From: Actinomycetes bacterium
GTDB taxonomy: Bacteria; Actinomycetota; Acidimicrobiia; Acidimicrobiales; Bog-793
Direction of reading: 5' to 3'
NCBI GenBank assembly: GCA_021791795.1
Contig: JAJYVX010000003.1
Location: forward strand, 1 to 55,752
DNA length: 55,752 nt
In this document: positions 38,619 to 48,089 of the stretch, in pieces
Layout: the number at the start of each line of letters is the position of its first letter
Position numbering within the stretch: the first letter of the stretch is position 1
Notes under the pieces: model-generated
Told to the model about the DNA's origin: nothing
Databases searched by the model: none
What the model saw: only the letters and a program-made list of their open reading frames with translations
Translations under genes and position numbers: made by a program

Positions 38619-40276
38619 AACGCTGCCCGACGGCGGGGCACGGCGGTGCCGGCCGCGGAAGGGAAGCCCCGGCATGGATCGTCGCTCATGGTCCTGCCGA
38701 GCGCCTCGAGACGCTCGCTCCGGCGGAGACGGCGTCGTACCTCGGGCATCGCGGCGAGCGAGGCGAGCGCGCAGGTCGTCTCGAGCGCCATGCGGACGAC
38801 GAAGGATTCGTCGCAGCCGTCGCCCTCGGTGACCACCTCGTCGACGATCCCGGACCCGAGCAGCGCCGGTGCATCGATCCGCTGTGCGGCCGCGACCTGG
38901 CCCGCTCTCTTCGGCGTCGAGTAGAGCACGACCGACGAACCTTCGGGCGCGAGCGGCGCCAGCCAGGCGGACTCGGCACACAGCACTCTGTCGGCGGGAA
39001 GCAGCGCGAGCGCCGTTCCGCCTGCTCCCTCGCCGAGCAGCACCGAGAGCGTAGGTGTCTCGAGCGCGACAAGGTCTGCGAGGCAGCGGCCGAGCTCGAA
39101 CACGAAGCCGTCGAGCTCGGCGCTCTCGTCGAGCTCGGGACCGGGCGTGTCGATGACTGTCACCACGGCGAGTCCGAGCTCAGCCGCAAGGGCGAAACCC
39201 CTGCGCATCTTCCTCACTCCCGCAACCGTCTGCCGGCATCGCGCCGAACGGTCGTGGCCGATCACCACTGCGGGCTCCGAACCGACCCGCCCGATTGCGA
39301 GCAGGACCGAGCGGTCGTCCCCCTCGGCCGTGCCGTTGCCGTGCAGCTCTGTCACAGCGGTCGCCGCCTGGGCGAGGAACTCGCGCGCTCCCGGACGTGC
39401 GCTGCGCCGAGTCTCGAGCACAGCGTTCCAGGCAGCCGGTTGTCGCCGCTTGGTGCTCGATCCTGGCATGTCGCCCGGCAGCGCCGGATCGGCTTCCGTG
39501 CCGAGCCGGCACGGCTCGCGCCTCCGGCGATCTGCCACCACGGCGAGGAGCCGGGACACGCGTTCCCGCAATTCTGCCGGCGATACCACCTCGTCGACGA
39601 GGCCGGCGGCTGCGAGCCGTTCGGCTCCTTGCACGCCGGCGGGGAGCGGCCGACCACCGACCGCCTCGTAGACCTTCGGACCGACGAAGCCGATGCGGGC
39701 AGCCGGCGCGGCGAAGGTGACGTGCCCGAGCGCGCCGAGAGCGACGAGCGCGCCCCCGAACGTCGGGTTCGTCAGGTAGACGAGATAAGGGAGACCACGG
39801 CTCCGCAGGCGGAGCAGCGCTTCGGCGATCTTCGCCAGCTGGACGAATGCCATCGTGCCTTCGTCCAGCCGGGCACCCCCGGACGAAAGGACCGCCAGCA
39901 TGGGCAGACCCTCCGAGGTACTCCTCGTGAAAGCGGCACGCAGTTGACCGCCCTCGGCGACGCCGATGGTTCCGCCGTGTCGTTCGAAGCGCGTGGCGAC
40001 GATCGCGAGCGGCGTACCGCCGACCGACGCCCGGCCGGCGAGCACCACCGCATCGCGCTCAGACGTTCCGCTGTCTCTGCTGCCTACCGGTCCTTCTTCT
40101 CCGAAGTGCCAGGCCTCGAAGCTGCCGTGGTCCAGCACTTCTTCCAGGACGGCTTCGACGGTTGGAAGCGATCCAGGCTTGCAACCGCCTGGGTCGGGGC
40201 TCACCTCAAGAGTTCGTGCGCCATCGCAGCTCGAACCACACCTCCCGCTTGGCCAGGTGCCGACGTTCGAGACCAC
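38615..40276 (-). CDS. Fused carboxyltransferase (AccD-like beta domain plus AccA-like alpha domain)
   Basis: The N-terminal half (GGTIGVAEGGQL...MLAVLSSGGARLDEG...NPTFGGA) is AccD-like. The C-terminal half (VIDTPGPELD...LLGEGAGGTALAL) is AccA-like. No N-terminal Cys4 zinc ribbon. The start is uncertain; a GTG at 40276 abuts the upstream TGA. Confidence 0.8.
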   Translation of the reverse strand: MVSNVGTWPSGRCGSSCDGARTLEVSPDPGGCKPGSLPTVEAVLEEVLDHGSFEAWHFGEEGPVGSRDSGTSERDAVVLAGRASVGGTPLAIVATRFERHGGTIGVAEGGQLRAAFTRSTSEGLPMLAVLSSGGARLDEGTMAFVQLAKIAEALLRLRSRGLPYLVYLTNPTFGGALVALGALGHVTFAAPAARIGFVGPKVYEAVGGRPLPAGVQGAERLAAAGLVDEVVSPAELRERVSRLLAVVADRRRREPCRLGTEADPALPGDMPGSSTKRRQPAAWNAVLETRRSARPGAREFLAQAATAVTELHGNGTAEGDDRSVLLAIGRVGSEPAVVIGHDRSARCRQTVAGVRKMRRGFALAAELGLAVVTVIDTPGPELDESAELDGFVFELGRCLADLVALETPTLSVLLGEGAGGTALALLPADRVLCAESAWLAPLAPEGSSVVLYSTPKRAGQVAAAQRIDAPALLGSGIVDEVVTEGDGCDESFVVRMALETTCALASLAAMPEVRRRLRRSERLEALGRTMSDDPCRGFPSAAGTAVPRRRAAL

Positions 40277-41362
40277 TCACAGCGAGGCCACTTGAGAGAG
40301 GTACTGCTGGTAGACGAGCGGGTGCGCCGCCTCGAAGCTGCCGATGTTGGCCCTCGTGGCGATCCCCTGGAAGCAATCCCGGACGAACGGGCTCGTCGAT
40401 CCGGTCTCCAGCTTCTGGCGGAGACCCATGGCGGCGACAAGTCCCGTCTGCGCAGCCGAGTAGTAGCGGTCTGCTGCGAGATAGGGAGTTCCGAGCCACT
40501 TGTGCACCATCTCGAGGTCTCCGTCACTCGTGACATGTGTGATGTGGGTGATTCCCTTGGACTGCAGATAGCTGGCGATGCCGTCGCCCATGGCGGCCGC
40601 GTAGTCGACGATGGTGGTCACGTCCGGGTGGGCCGCGAGCGCCGACTGGACGACACTTATGGCAGTGGTCCGTGAGAAGAACCCCTGCTGCCGCACCACG
40701 ATGTCGAAGCCCGATCCTGCTAGCGAGGCGTTGAGACCCTGGTCAATCACCTCGGAGAAGCCCTGGCCGACGATGCCCTGCACGACGACCGTCGGACCCG
40801 GCTTGGCGTGCGCTTTCAGGTAGTCGCCGATCAGTTGACCCCCTTTGAAGGAATCGACGTACGCGACCGTGCAGTAGTCCTTGTCAGCTGCCGACTGGCC
40901 GGGGTAGTTGGCGCCCGGCCAGAGTGTGTTCGCCACAGGAATGCCCTGAGCGGCCGCCTTAGCTGCGCCTTGGTTCGCAGCCGCGTCGGAGACGGCCAAG
41001 ATGACGAGGCCGGCGATGCCGGTCGACAACATGGACTCGATGTTGTTGAGCTGCGTCTCGACGTTGAAGTCCGCCTGGGTGATGGTGAGCTGGTATTGCG
41101 TTCCCTTGAGTGCCTCCTTCACGCCGGTGGCCACGTACTGGGTGTACGGAACGTTGCCGTTGACTGCGAGGCCGATCGTCTTCCCCTTCCCGACGCTCGA
41201 GCTCGAGCCTTTGCTGCTGCCGGTCGATCCGGTCGTGTTGCTGGCGCTCGGCCCGCTCGAGCATGCTTCGAGCAGCCCTCCAGTGAGGAGAACGCCGCCG
41301 GCAAGTGCCGAGGAGCGCAAGAACTGGCGTCGATTGAGCTGGTGGTCTTCGTGGCGTGGCAT
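40277..41362 (-). CDS. Sugar-type ABC transporter substrate-binding protein (periplasmic binding protein type I fold)
   Basis: Tat-like/lipoprotein N-terminus RRQFLRSSALAGGVLLTGGLLEACSS and a Ser/Gly linker, then a ribose-binding-like core. AAAGGGGGAGAAG RBS. Confidence 0.85.
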   Translation of the reverse strand: MPRHEDHQLNRRQFLRSSALAGGVLLTGGLLEACSSGPSASNTTGSTGSSKGSSSSVGKGKTIGLAVNGNVPYTQYVATGVKEALKGTQYQLTITQADFNVETQLNNIESMLSTGIAGLVILAVSDAAANQGAAKAAAQGIPVANTLWPGANYPGQSAADKDYCTVAYVDSFKGGQLIGDYLKAHAKPGPTVVVQGIVGQGFSEVIDQGLNASLAGSGFDIVVRQQGFFSRTTAISVVQSALAAHPDVTTIVDYAAAMGDGIASYLQSKGITHITHVTSDGDLEMVHKWLGTPYLAADRYYSAAQTGLVAAMGLRQKLETGSTSPFVRDCFQGIATRANIGSFEAAHPLVYQQYLSQVASL

Positions 41363-41511
41363 GGAGTCTTCTCCCCCTTTGGTTCTTCCCGGCTAGCTGC
41401 CGGATGCTCTGTTATGTGCCCGACGCTGTGCAATCGGATCTCTCGGCGAGGAGCGCTGCCGGTCTCGCGTCTCCTGCCCCGGCGCTGCTCGCCGGTCGCG
41501 GTGCCCGCCGT

Positions 41512-42768
41512 TCACGCCGTTCCGCCACCTCTTCCACTGTCGCCGCCAGGCGACGAGGAGTCGCCAGCCGACGAGGAGTCGCCAGCCGACGAGGAGTCGC
41601 CAGCCGACGAGGAGTCGCCAGCCGACGAGGAACCGCCCCGATGGAACGCCGTCCCTGCGCCCGACAGATTCGCCGGACGGTGCAGCAGCGACGCAAGGCC
41701 GCGCCGCAAGCTCTGCCACAAGCGCTCACTGCCCTGCCGGTCGCTCAGCGCCGACAACGTCACCGCTATGACAAGTACGGCTCCGTATACAGCGCCCTGC
41801 CAAGTCCCGGAGATGTTGAGGAAGATCAGCGCTGAGCTGATCACCCCGAGAAGCACCACGGCGAGCACCGTGCCCACGATCGAACCCTTCCCTCCGAGAA
41901 GAGTGGCACCTCCGAGCACGGCGGCGGCGACCGCCTGCAGCTCGAGCCCGCTCCCCATCTGGGGGTCGCCGGCTCCGAGGCGCGCCATGAGTATGAGCGC
42001 GGCCGGAGCGACGAGAGCTCCGTTCAGCACGAAGACCGCCAGCTTCACCGAACGGGTCGGCACCCCGCTCAGATACGCCGCCTGCTCGTTCGCACCGACG
42101 GCGAACACGTGGCGCCCGTAACGCGTGTAGCGGAGGCCGAGCCAGCACAGCAGGGCAAGTAGGGCGAAAATGACCGTCGGGGTTCGGACCCCGAACCACG
42201 AGTCGACCGCGAGCACGTTGAACGACGAGTTGATCGGGATCGGTGTCGAGTTGGCGATGACGAGCGCCGCCGAAGACAGCAGGCTGAGGCCGCCGAGTGT
42301 GAGGATGAAGGCGGGGACTCTCACGTAGGTGACGAGCAGTCCCCAGAAGAGTCCGACTGCAGCTCCGATCGCGATGACAGCGAGGACGATCGCCCAGGTC
42401 GGGACCGAGGGCGGGAGCAGCAGCTTCGCCGCGAGGACGCCGGAGAGCGACACGGCGCTTCCGACCGAGAGGTCGAGCTCGCCTGCGATGAGGAGCAGCG
42501 TCTGCCCGAGTGCCAGGATGCCGAGCGTCGACGACTCGCTGAGGATGCCTTGGATGTTTGATCCCGAGACGAAAGAGGAGTCCCGGCTCGAGGTGTAGGC
42601 ACCGATGGCGACGATCGCGAGAACGAGAGGAAGGAAGATCCTCACGACCTCCTTCGGCAGACGTCTGGAGCGCGTCACTGCACCAGCAGGAGCCTGTGAT
42701 GTCACGTCCATGGCGCCGGCATCCCTTTCAGCAGTGCTCATTGCTCCTCCCCCTGCGGCCACGCTCAT
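41512..42768 (-). CDS. Sugar-type ABC transporter permease (BPD_transp_2) with repetitive Ser/Gly/Asp C-terminal tail
   Basis: About 10 TM segments, then a roughly 70-aa hydrophilic tail containing (GDSSSA)x4. ATGA overlap with the ATPase gene. Confidence 0.85.
   Translation of the reverse strand: MSVAAGGGAMSTAERDAGAMDVTSQAPAGAVTRSRRLPKEVVRIFLPLVLAIVAIGAYTSSRDSSFVSGSNIQGILSESSTLGILALGQTLLLIAGELDLSVGSAVSLSGVLAAKLLLPPSVPTWAIVLAVIAIGAAVGLFWGLLVTYVRVPAFILTLGGLSLLSSAALVIANSTPIPINSSFNVLAVDSWFGVRTPTVIFALLALLCWLGLRYTRYGRHVFAVGANEQAAYLSGVPTRSVKLAVFVLNGALVAPAALILMARLGAGDPQMGSGLELQAVAAAVLGGATLLGGKGSIVGTVLAVVLLGVISSALIFLNISGTWQGAVYGAVLVIAVTLSALSDRQGSERLWQSLRRGLASLLHRPANLSGAGTAFHRGGSSSAGDSSSAGDSSSAGDSSSAGDSSSPGGDSGRGGGTA
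41551..41632. repeat. Perfect 18-bp tandem repeat, 4.5 copies (CGACGAGGAGTCGCCAGC)
   Basis: Identical copies at 41551-41568, 41569-41586, 41587-41604 and 41605-41622, plus a partial copy at 41623-41632. On the minus strand it encodes (GDSSSA)n in the permease tail. Confidence 0.95.
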
Positions 42769-44282
42769 GCGCCCGCCAGCGTCAGCTCTCGCACATGGGC
42801 CGGCTCGGCCTCGTCCGCGCCGAGCTCCGCCGCGATCCGTCCGCGGCGCATCACGAGCACCCGATCGCCGATGAGTGAGATCTCCTCGTAGTCCTCCGAT
42901 ACGACAGCGATCGCCACGCCGCGCTCGGCCAGCTCAGAGATCTGCTGGTAGAGCTCGAAGCGTGAAGCCAGATCAATCCCGACGGTCGGCTCGTCGAAGA
43001 TGAGAACAGAGCTCCCGACTCCGAGCCAGCGACCGAGCATCACCTTCTGCTGGTTTCCACCGCTCAGGGTCTCTATGCCGTCGGAGTCGGCGCCCATCTT
43101 CACGCTCGTGGAGCGGACCACCTCGGCCGCTCGGTTCCGCAGCCGGCGGTTGCTCACGATCACGCCCTTACCGATCGCGACCTGCGCCAGCATCAGGTTC
43201 TCGAGCACCGAGCGCCCCGCAAGGAGCCCGTCGTGCCTGCGGTCGCCGGGCAGGAAGCCGACCCCGCGACGCGCGGCATCCCGCCGCGATCGGATGGGTC
43301 GTCGGCCCGGTCCGAGGAGCACTCGGCCTGCGCCGGGACGCATCGCGCCGGCGAGCACACGGGCCAGCGCGTGAGTACCCGATCCGACACCGCCGACGAG
43401 AGCGAGCACTTCGCCGCGCCGCAACTCGAGCGAAACGTCGTCCAGCACCCGCTCGACCGAGACGTGCTCGGCGACGAGTTCGACATCTCGGCGGGCGACA
43501 GATGAGTCGACACGCTGGCGCCTCAAGTCGACGCTCTCGCCGAACATCATCGACAGCAGGGTGCTCGGAACGACCTCGTCCAGCTGGACCGTGCCGACGA
43601 CCCGGCCGTCGCGCAGCACGGTGGCCCGCTCGGCGAGCTCGAAGGCCTCTTGCAGGTGGTGCGAGATCCATACGACCGCCATGCCTTGGGCGGCGAGTCT
43701 CCGCACGACGAGCATGAGGCGCTCCACCTCGTGCGCGTGCAAGGACGCCGTCGGCTCGTCCAGCAGAAGCAGGCGGGCTTCCTCCGACATGGCGCGCGCC
43801 AGCTCAACGAGCTGCATCTCGGCGACGGTGAGCTCACCTGCAGGTCGGTGAAGGTCGAGCTCGACGCCGAGCAGCGAGAGGCGCCGCTGCGCCTCCTCGT
43901 GCACTTGCCGGCGGCTCACGCGGCCGAGCGCACTGCTCGGCAGCTGGCCGAGGAGGACGTTCTCGGCCACCGTGAGCGGCATGGCGATCTGGCGCTCCTG
44001 GTACACGATGCGGACTCCGCACGCTCGCGCCGAACGCGGGTTCGGCTCCACGGCCTGCCCGCACACGAGCACCTGCCCGGAGTCCGCCCGCGTGGCGCCA
44101 GAAGCGATGCGCATCATGGTCGACTTGCCTGCGCCGTTCTCGCCGACGAGCGCGTGCACCGTTCCGGCGTCGACCCGCATGGAGACGCCGGACAGCGCTG
44201 ACTGGGCGCCGAAGCGTTTCGTGACGTCGACGAACTCCAGCACTGCTGCGTCCGGCACGCCGGTCGGCTCTTGCACGGTCAC
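42765..44282 (-). CDS. Sugar-type ABC transporter ATP-binding protein (duplicated ABC domains)
   Basis: Walker A GENGAGKST, a second domain with LSGGNQQKVMLGRWL. 505 aa. GTGA overlap with the upstream gene. Confidence 0.92.
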   Translation of the reverse strand: MTVQEPTGVPDAAVLEFVDVTKRFGAQSALSGVSMRVDAGTVHALVGENGAGKSTMMRIASGATRADSGQVLVCGQAVEPNPRSARACGVRIVYQERQIAMPLTVAENVLLGQLPSSALGRVSRRQVHEEAQRRLSLLGVELDLHRPAGELTVAEMQLVELARAMSEEARLLLLDEPTASLHAHEVERLMLVVRRLAAQGMAVVWISHHLQEAFELAERATVLRDGRVVGTVQLDEVVPSTLLSMMFGESVDLRRQRVDSSVARRDVELVAEHVSVERVLDDVSLELRRGEVLALVGGVGSGTHALARVLAGAMRPGAGRVLLGPGRRPIRSRRDAARRGVGFLPGDRRHDGLLAGRSVLENLMLAQVAIGKGVIVSNRRLRNRAAEVVRSTSVKMGADSDGIETLSGGNQQKVMLGRWLGVGSSVLIFDEPTVGIDLASRFELYQQISELAERGVAIAVVSEDYEEISLIGDRVLVMRRGRIAAELGADEAEPAHVRELTLAGA

Positions 44283-46672
44283 CCAGCCCGGGTCGCCGCG
44301 TGGAGGCTGGTGGGGCTGAGCGGGACATCGAGCAGGTGTCCGTGAAGGAGCGGGGCGAGCGCGTCCTCGACAGCCGAGGCGAAGGCAGCGGCGACGGGAA
44401 TCGTGCCCGCTTCGCCGACTCCTTTCACTCCGAGTGGATTGCGCGGGCTCGGGGTCTCGAGATGGCTGATCTCGACGCGAGGCACCTCGGTCGCGTACGG
44501 CATGAGGAACTCCATGAGGCTCGCATTGCGCAGGTTGCCTTCGGCGTCATAGTCGAGGAGCTCGTAGAAGGCTCCTCCCATGCCTTGAGCGACTCCGCCG
44601 ATGACCTGCCCCTCGACGATCATCGGGTTGATCATCCGACCGCAGTCGTGAACGCAGACGTACCGCTTCACCTTGACCTCGAAGGTCGCCGGATCGACCT
44701 CCACGATCGCGCCGTGCACGCCGTAAGCCCACGTCGTGCTCGCCGGGCTGAAGTAGTCGGTCGCTTCAAGGCCGGGATGCGCCCCCTCCGCGAGGGCCGC
44801 GCCGTCGCGGCGAGCCGCTGGCGTGAACTGCGTCGCCGACTGGGCGGCCTTGTTGAAGGCGTAGCGAAGCGGGTTGGACATCGTCGCCACCTCGGCCAGG
44901 GTCAGGGCTCTCGACTCGACTCCTTGGACGAACACCTTGCCCTCTTCGATCACGATGTCCTCGGGTGCAGCCTCGAACATCTGCGACGCCTGGTGAACGA
45001 TCTGCTCGCGAACGATCAGGGCGGCTTTGCGTATGGCGTTCCCGCTCACCACGGCTGCGCGGCTCGCGAACGTGGCGACTCCCCAGTCGAACTCCCCGGT
45101 GTCGCCTTCCACGACGACGACGTCGGACGGGGACACGCCCACCTCGTCGGCGGCGATCTGGGCGAAGGACGTGGCGTGCCCTTGACCCTGGCTCGAAAGC
45201 CCGGTGTTGACGTACACCTTGCCCGTGATCGGGTGGACCTTCACGTGGCCGCCCTCGTAAGGCCCGAGCCCCGTGCCCTCCACGTAGCAGGCGAGCCCCA
45301 GGCCGAGGTAGCGGCCCTCGCTCCGCGCCGCCTCCTGCTCGGCACGGAAGGCGGGCGGGTCGAGCGCCTCCTCGAGAAGCGACAGCGCCCGAGCGTAGTC
45401 GCCCCCGTCGTAGCTCACGGGCTGCCCGTCGGCGAAGATCAGGCCCGGCCGGTCGTAGGGGAACTCTTCGGTGCCGATGAAGTTGCGCCGCCGGATCTCG
45501 AACCGATCGATGCCGAGGTCGTCGGCGAGCACGTCCATCGCTCGCTCGATGGCGAAGCAGGCATGCGGCCTGCCGCATCCCCGGTAGGGAGTGACAGGAA
45601 CGGTGTTGGTGTAGACAGCCTTGAAGTCGACGGAGATGTTCGGGATCCGGTAGGAACCCGCTATCTGGCCGGCTGCGACCTGGGCGACTGCCAGCCCGTA
45701 AGGGATGAACGCACCGGTGTCGTGGAGGAAGGAGTCGCGAAGCCCGGTCACCAGTCCGTCCCGCGTGGCCGCCAACTCGATGTGGTGCACCTGGAGGCGC
45801 TCGTGGGTCGACCCGAGGAAATTCTCCTGCCGATCCTCGATGTACTTCACCGGCCGGTTGAGCTTCACGGCCGCCCACGGCACCAGCACCTCGTCGGGGT
45901 AGAAGAGGAGGACCTTCTGACCGAAGCCACCGCCGACGTCCGGCGCGACAACCCGTACCCGGTGCTCGTCGAGACCGAACAGGCTGGCGAGACCGCCCCG
46001 CACCGAGATGGGTGCCTGTGTACCGTCCCAGACGGTGAGTTCCCCGAGCACCGAGTCCCAGCGGGCCGCGACAGCTCGGGGCTCCATCGGCGCAGCCGAG
46101 CTCCGCTCGACCCGAACGGTGACGCTGGTCACATGCTCGGCCGAGGCGAAGGCCGCATCTGGCTCGCCGGAGCGCTGCCGGCTGTGCGCGGCGACGTTGC
46201 CCGCGACTCCTTCGTGCACGCTGCGTGCTCCCGACGCGACGGCCCGATCGACGCCGACGACGGCCTCGAGCGGTTCGTAGACCACCTCGACGAGATCTGC
46301 CGCGTCCTCGGCGACGTAACGATCGTCCGCGACCACCATCGCCACCGTCTGGCCGACGTAGAAGACCTCGCCTCTCGCGAGCGGTCGCTGAGTGCGAGGG
46401 GACGTGAGCGAGGGATCAGGTATCAACAGCGGCATCTCGGTGTCGAGATGCTCGATGTCGTCGCAGGTCACGACGAGGTGGACACCTTCGAGCGCCATCG
46501 CCTGGCTCGTGTCGACCGAGATGATTCGGGCGCTGGCCATCGGACTGCGGACGAACGCGACGGCGAGCGCGCCCTCGAGTGTGATGTCGTCGATGTAACG
46601 CCCGCGGCCAGTGAGGAGGCGCTCGTCCTCGTTGCGCCTGACACGGGTGCCGAAGCTCGGGGCGCTCGTCAC
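44279..46672 (-). CDS. Molybdopterin-binding large subunit of a xanthine dehydrogenase/CoxL-family hydroxylase
   Basis: RVRRNEDERLLTGRGRYIDDI N-terminus and a TPYRGCGRP active-site-loop region. About 797 aa. The GTG at 46672 overlaps the small-subunit stop as GTGA. Confidence 0.9.
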   Translation of the reverse strand: MTSAPSFGTRVRRNEDERLLTGRGRYIDDITLEGALAVAFVRSPMASARIISVDTSQAMALEGVHLVVTCDDIEHLDTEMPLLIPDPSLTSPRTQRPLARGEVFYVGQTVAMVVADDRYVAEDAADLVEVVYEPLEAVVGVDRAVASGARSVHEGVAGNVAAHSRQRSGEPDAAFASAEHVTSVTVRVERSSAAPMEPRAVAARWDSVLGELTVWDGTQAPISVRGGLASLFGLDEHRVRVVAPDVGGGFGQKVLLFYPDEVLVPWAAVKLNRPVKYIEDRQENFLGSTHERLQVHHIELAATRDGLVTGLRDSFLHDTGAFIPYGLAVAQVAAGQIAGSYRIPNISVDFKAVYTNTVPVTPYRGCGRPHACFAIERAMDVLADDLGIDRFEIRRRNFIGTEEFPYDRPGLIFADGQPVSYDGGDYARALSLLEEALDPPAFRAEQEAARSEGRYLGLGLACYVEGTGLGPYEGGHVKVHPITGKVYVNTGLSSQGQGHATSFAQIAADEVGVSPSDVVVVEGDTGEFDWGVATFASRAAVVSGNAIRKAALIVREQIVHQASQMFEAAPEDIVIEEGKVFVQGVESRALTLAEVATMSNPLRYAFNKAAQSATQFTPAARRDGAALAEGAHPGLEATDYFSPASTTWAYGVHGAIVEVDPATFEVKVKRYVCVHDCGRMINPMIVEGQVIGGVAQGMGGAFYELLDYDAEGNLRNASLMEFLMPYATEVPRVEISHLETPSPRNPLGVKGVGEAGTIPVAAAFASAVEDALAPLLHGHLLDVPLSPTSLHAATRAG

Positions 46673-47217
46673 GCCGGTGCTCCCTTGCCGGCGTCTCCGT
46701 CCCGGCCCATCGCCACCGCAGCCTGCCGTACTGCGTCGACGATTCCCTGGTAGCCCGTGCAACGACAGAGGTTGCCCGAGATCATCTCCCTCACGCCTTC
46801 CTCGCTCAGGTCGAGCTCGTCGGGTGAGTTCAGCACCTCAAGGATGGAAATCACGAAACCGGGCGTGCAGTACCCGCACTGCAGGCCGTGGCAGTCGCTC
46901 AGCGCCTGCTGCACGGGATGAAGGCCACCGTCGGCGCTCTTCACGCCCTCGATCGTCGTCAGGCTCAAGCCGTCGACCTGGCAGGCGAGCGTGAGGCACG
47001 AGCGCGTCGCACGACCGTCGACAAGCACCGTGCAGCAACCGCACACCCCGTGCTCGCACCCGACGTGCGTTCCGGTAAGCCCGAGGTCGTGGCGGAGAAA
47101 GTCGCTCAAGAGGCGCCGCACCGGCACGACGCGCTCGTAGGCGGTGCCGTTCACGACAACCCGGAGACTCGTCTTCTGCTCGGCCTCCACCGCCTCGCTC
47201 GTCTCCACTCCTGTCAC
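46669..47217 (-). CDS. [2Fe-2S]-binding small subunit (CoxS-like)
   Basis: CEHGVCGCCTV and CGYCTPG cluster motifs. GTGA overlap with the upstream gene. Confidence 0.92.
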   Translation of the reverse strand: MTGVETSEAVEAEQKTSLRVVVNGTAYERVVPVRRLLSDFLRHDLGLTGTHVGCEHGVCGCCTVLVDGRATRSCLTLACQVDGLSLTTIEGVKSADGGLHPVQQALSDCHGLQCGYCTPGFVISILEVLNSPDELDLSEEGVREMISGNLCRCTGYQGIVDAVRQAAVAMGRDGDAGKGAPA

Positions 47218-48089
47218 GACGTCCTCCTCTCCAGGCGCGCGGCAGCTCGGAGGAGCGAGCGGCGCACGAGCGCTTCCACGAGCTGGCGACGGTAAGCCGT
47301 GCTCGCCTGCGTCTCATCGCCCGCCGTCACATACCCCGCGGCTGCCCGGCCCGCCTCTCGCAAGGCTTTCTCGGTGAGGGGTCGGGAGAGCAACGCCTCC
47401 TCGGCCGTGGAAAGGCGGACCGGCGTGGTGCCGATCCCGCAGGCCGCGAGGCGCACCTGCCCGACGCACCGGTCACCGTCGAGCTTCAGCGCGGCGCAGA
47501 CCCCTGCGAGGGCGAAGTCGCCGTGGCGACGAGTGACCTCTAGGAACGACCAGCCCCAAGACGGCTCCAGCGCCGGGAACGAGACCGAGGTGATCACCTC
47601 GTTCGGCTCAAGGCTGGTCGTCAAGTGGAAGACGAAGAGCTCCCCGGCACTGATCCGGCGCCTGCCTCGTACGCCCGCCACCTCGACGCTGCCGTCGAGG
47701 CAGCTGAGCAGTGCCGGCAGCTCGGCTGCCGGATCCGCATGGGCGATGCTCCCCCCGACCGTACCTCGGTTGCGGATGACGGCATGGGCGACCAGCCGAA
47801 GAGACTCCGCGATGAGCGGGTTGGCCCGCGCCGCGCCCTCGTCACGCTCAAGATCCCGCTGCCGGGTCATCGCCCCGACCTCGACCACATCGTTCTGCAC
47901 CCGCACGAAGGCGAGCTCGCTCGCTTTGCGCAGATCGATCACCTGCTCGGGTCGCCCCAGGCGGAAGTTCATGATCGGCAACAGGCTCTGACCGCCGGCG
48001 AGCACGGCCGCGCCCGGGTGCGCGTCGCGCAGCGCGACCGCTTCCGCCAGGCTTTCCGGTGCGAAGTACTCGAAGCGCGACGGTTTCAC
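47214..48089 (-). CDS. FAD-binding medium subunit (CoxM-like)
   Basis: VKPSRFEYFAPESLAEAVAL...LAGGQSLLPIMNFR. The GTG at 48089 overlaps the hyuB-like stop as GTGA. The 421-aa ORF is an artefactual extension. Confidence 0.88.
   Translation of the reverse strand: MKPSRFEYFAPESLAEAVALRDAHPGAAVLAGGQSLLPIMNFRLGRPEQVIDLRKASELAFVRVQNDVVEVGAMTRQRDLERDEGAARANPLIAESLRLVAHAVIRNRGTVGGSIAHADPAAELPALLSCLDGSVEVAGVRGRRRISAGELFVFHLTTSLEPNEVITSVSFPALEPSWGWSFLEVTRRHGDFALAGVCAALKLDGDRCVGQVRLAACGIGTTPVRLSTAEEALLSRPLTEKALREAGRAAAGYVTAGDETQASTAYRRQLVEALVRRSLLRAAARLERRTS

Noticed and set aside
41551-41632. Tandem repeat considered as a possible CRISPR-like or minisatellite non-coding element.
   Set aside because: The copies are directly adjacent with no spacers, the unit is 18 bp and in frame, and the repeat lies within the permease reading frame. 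No cas genes are present.
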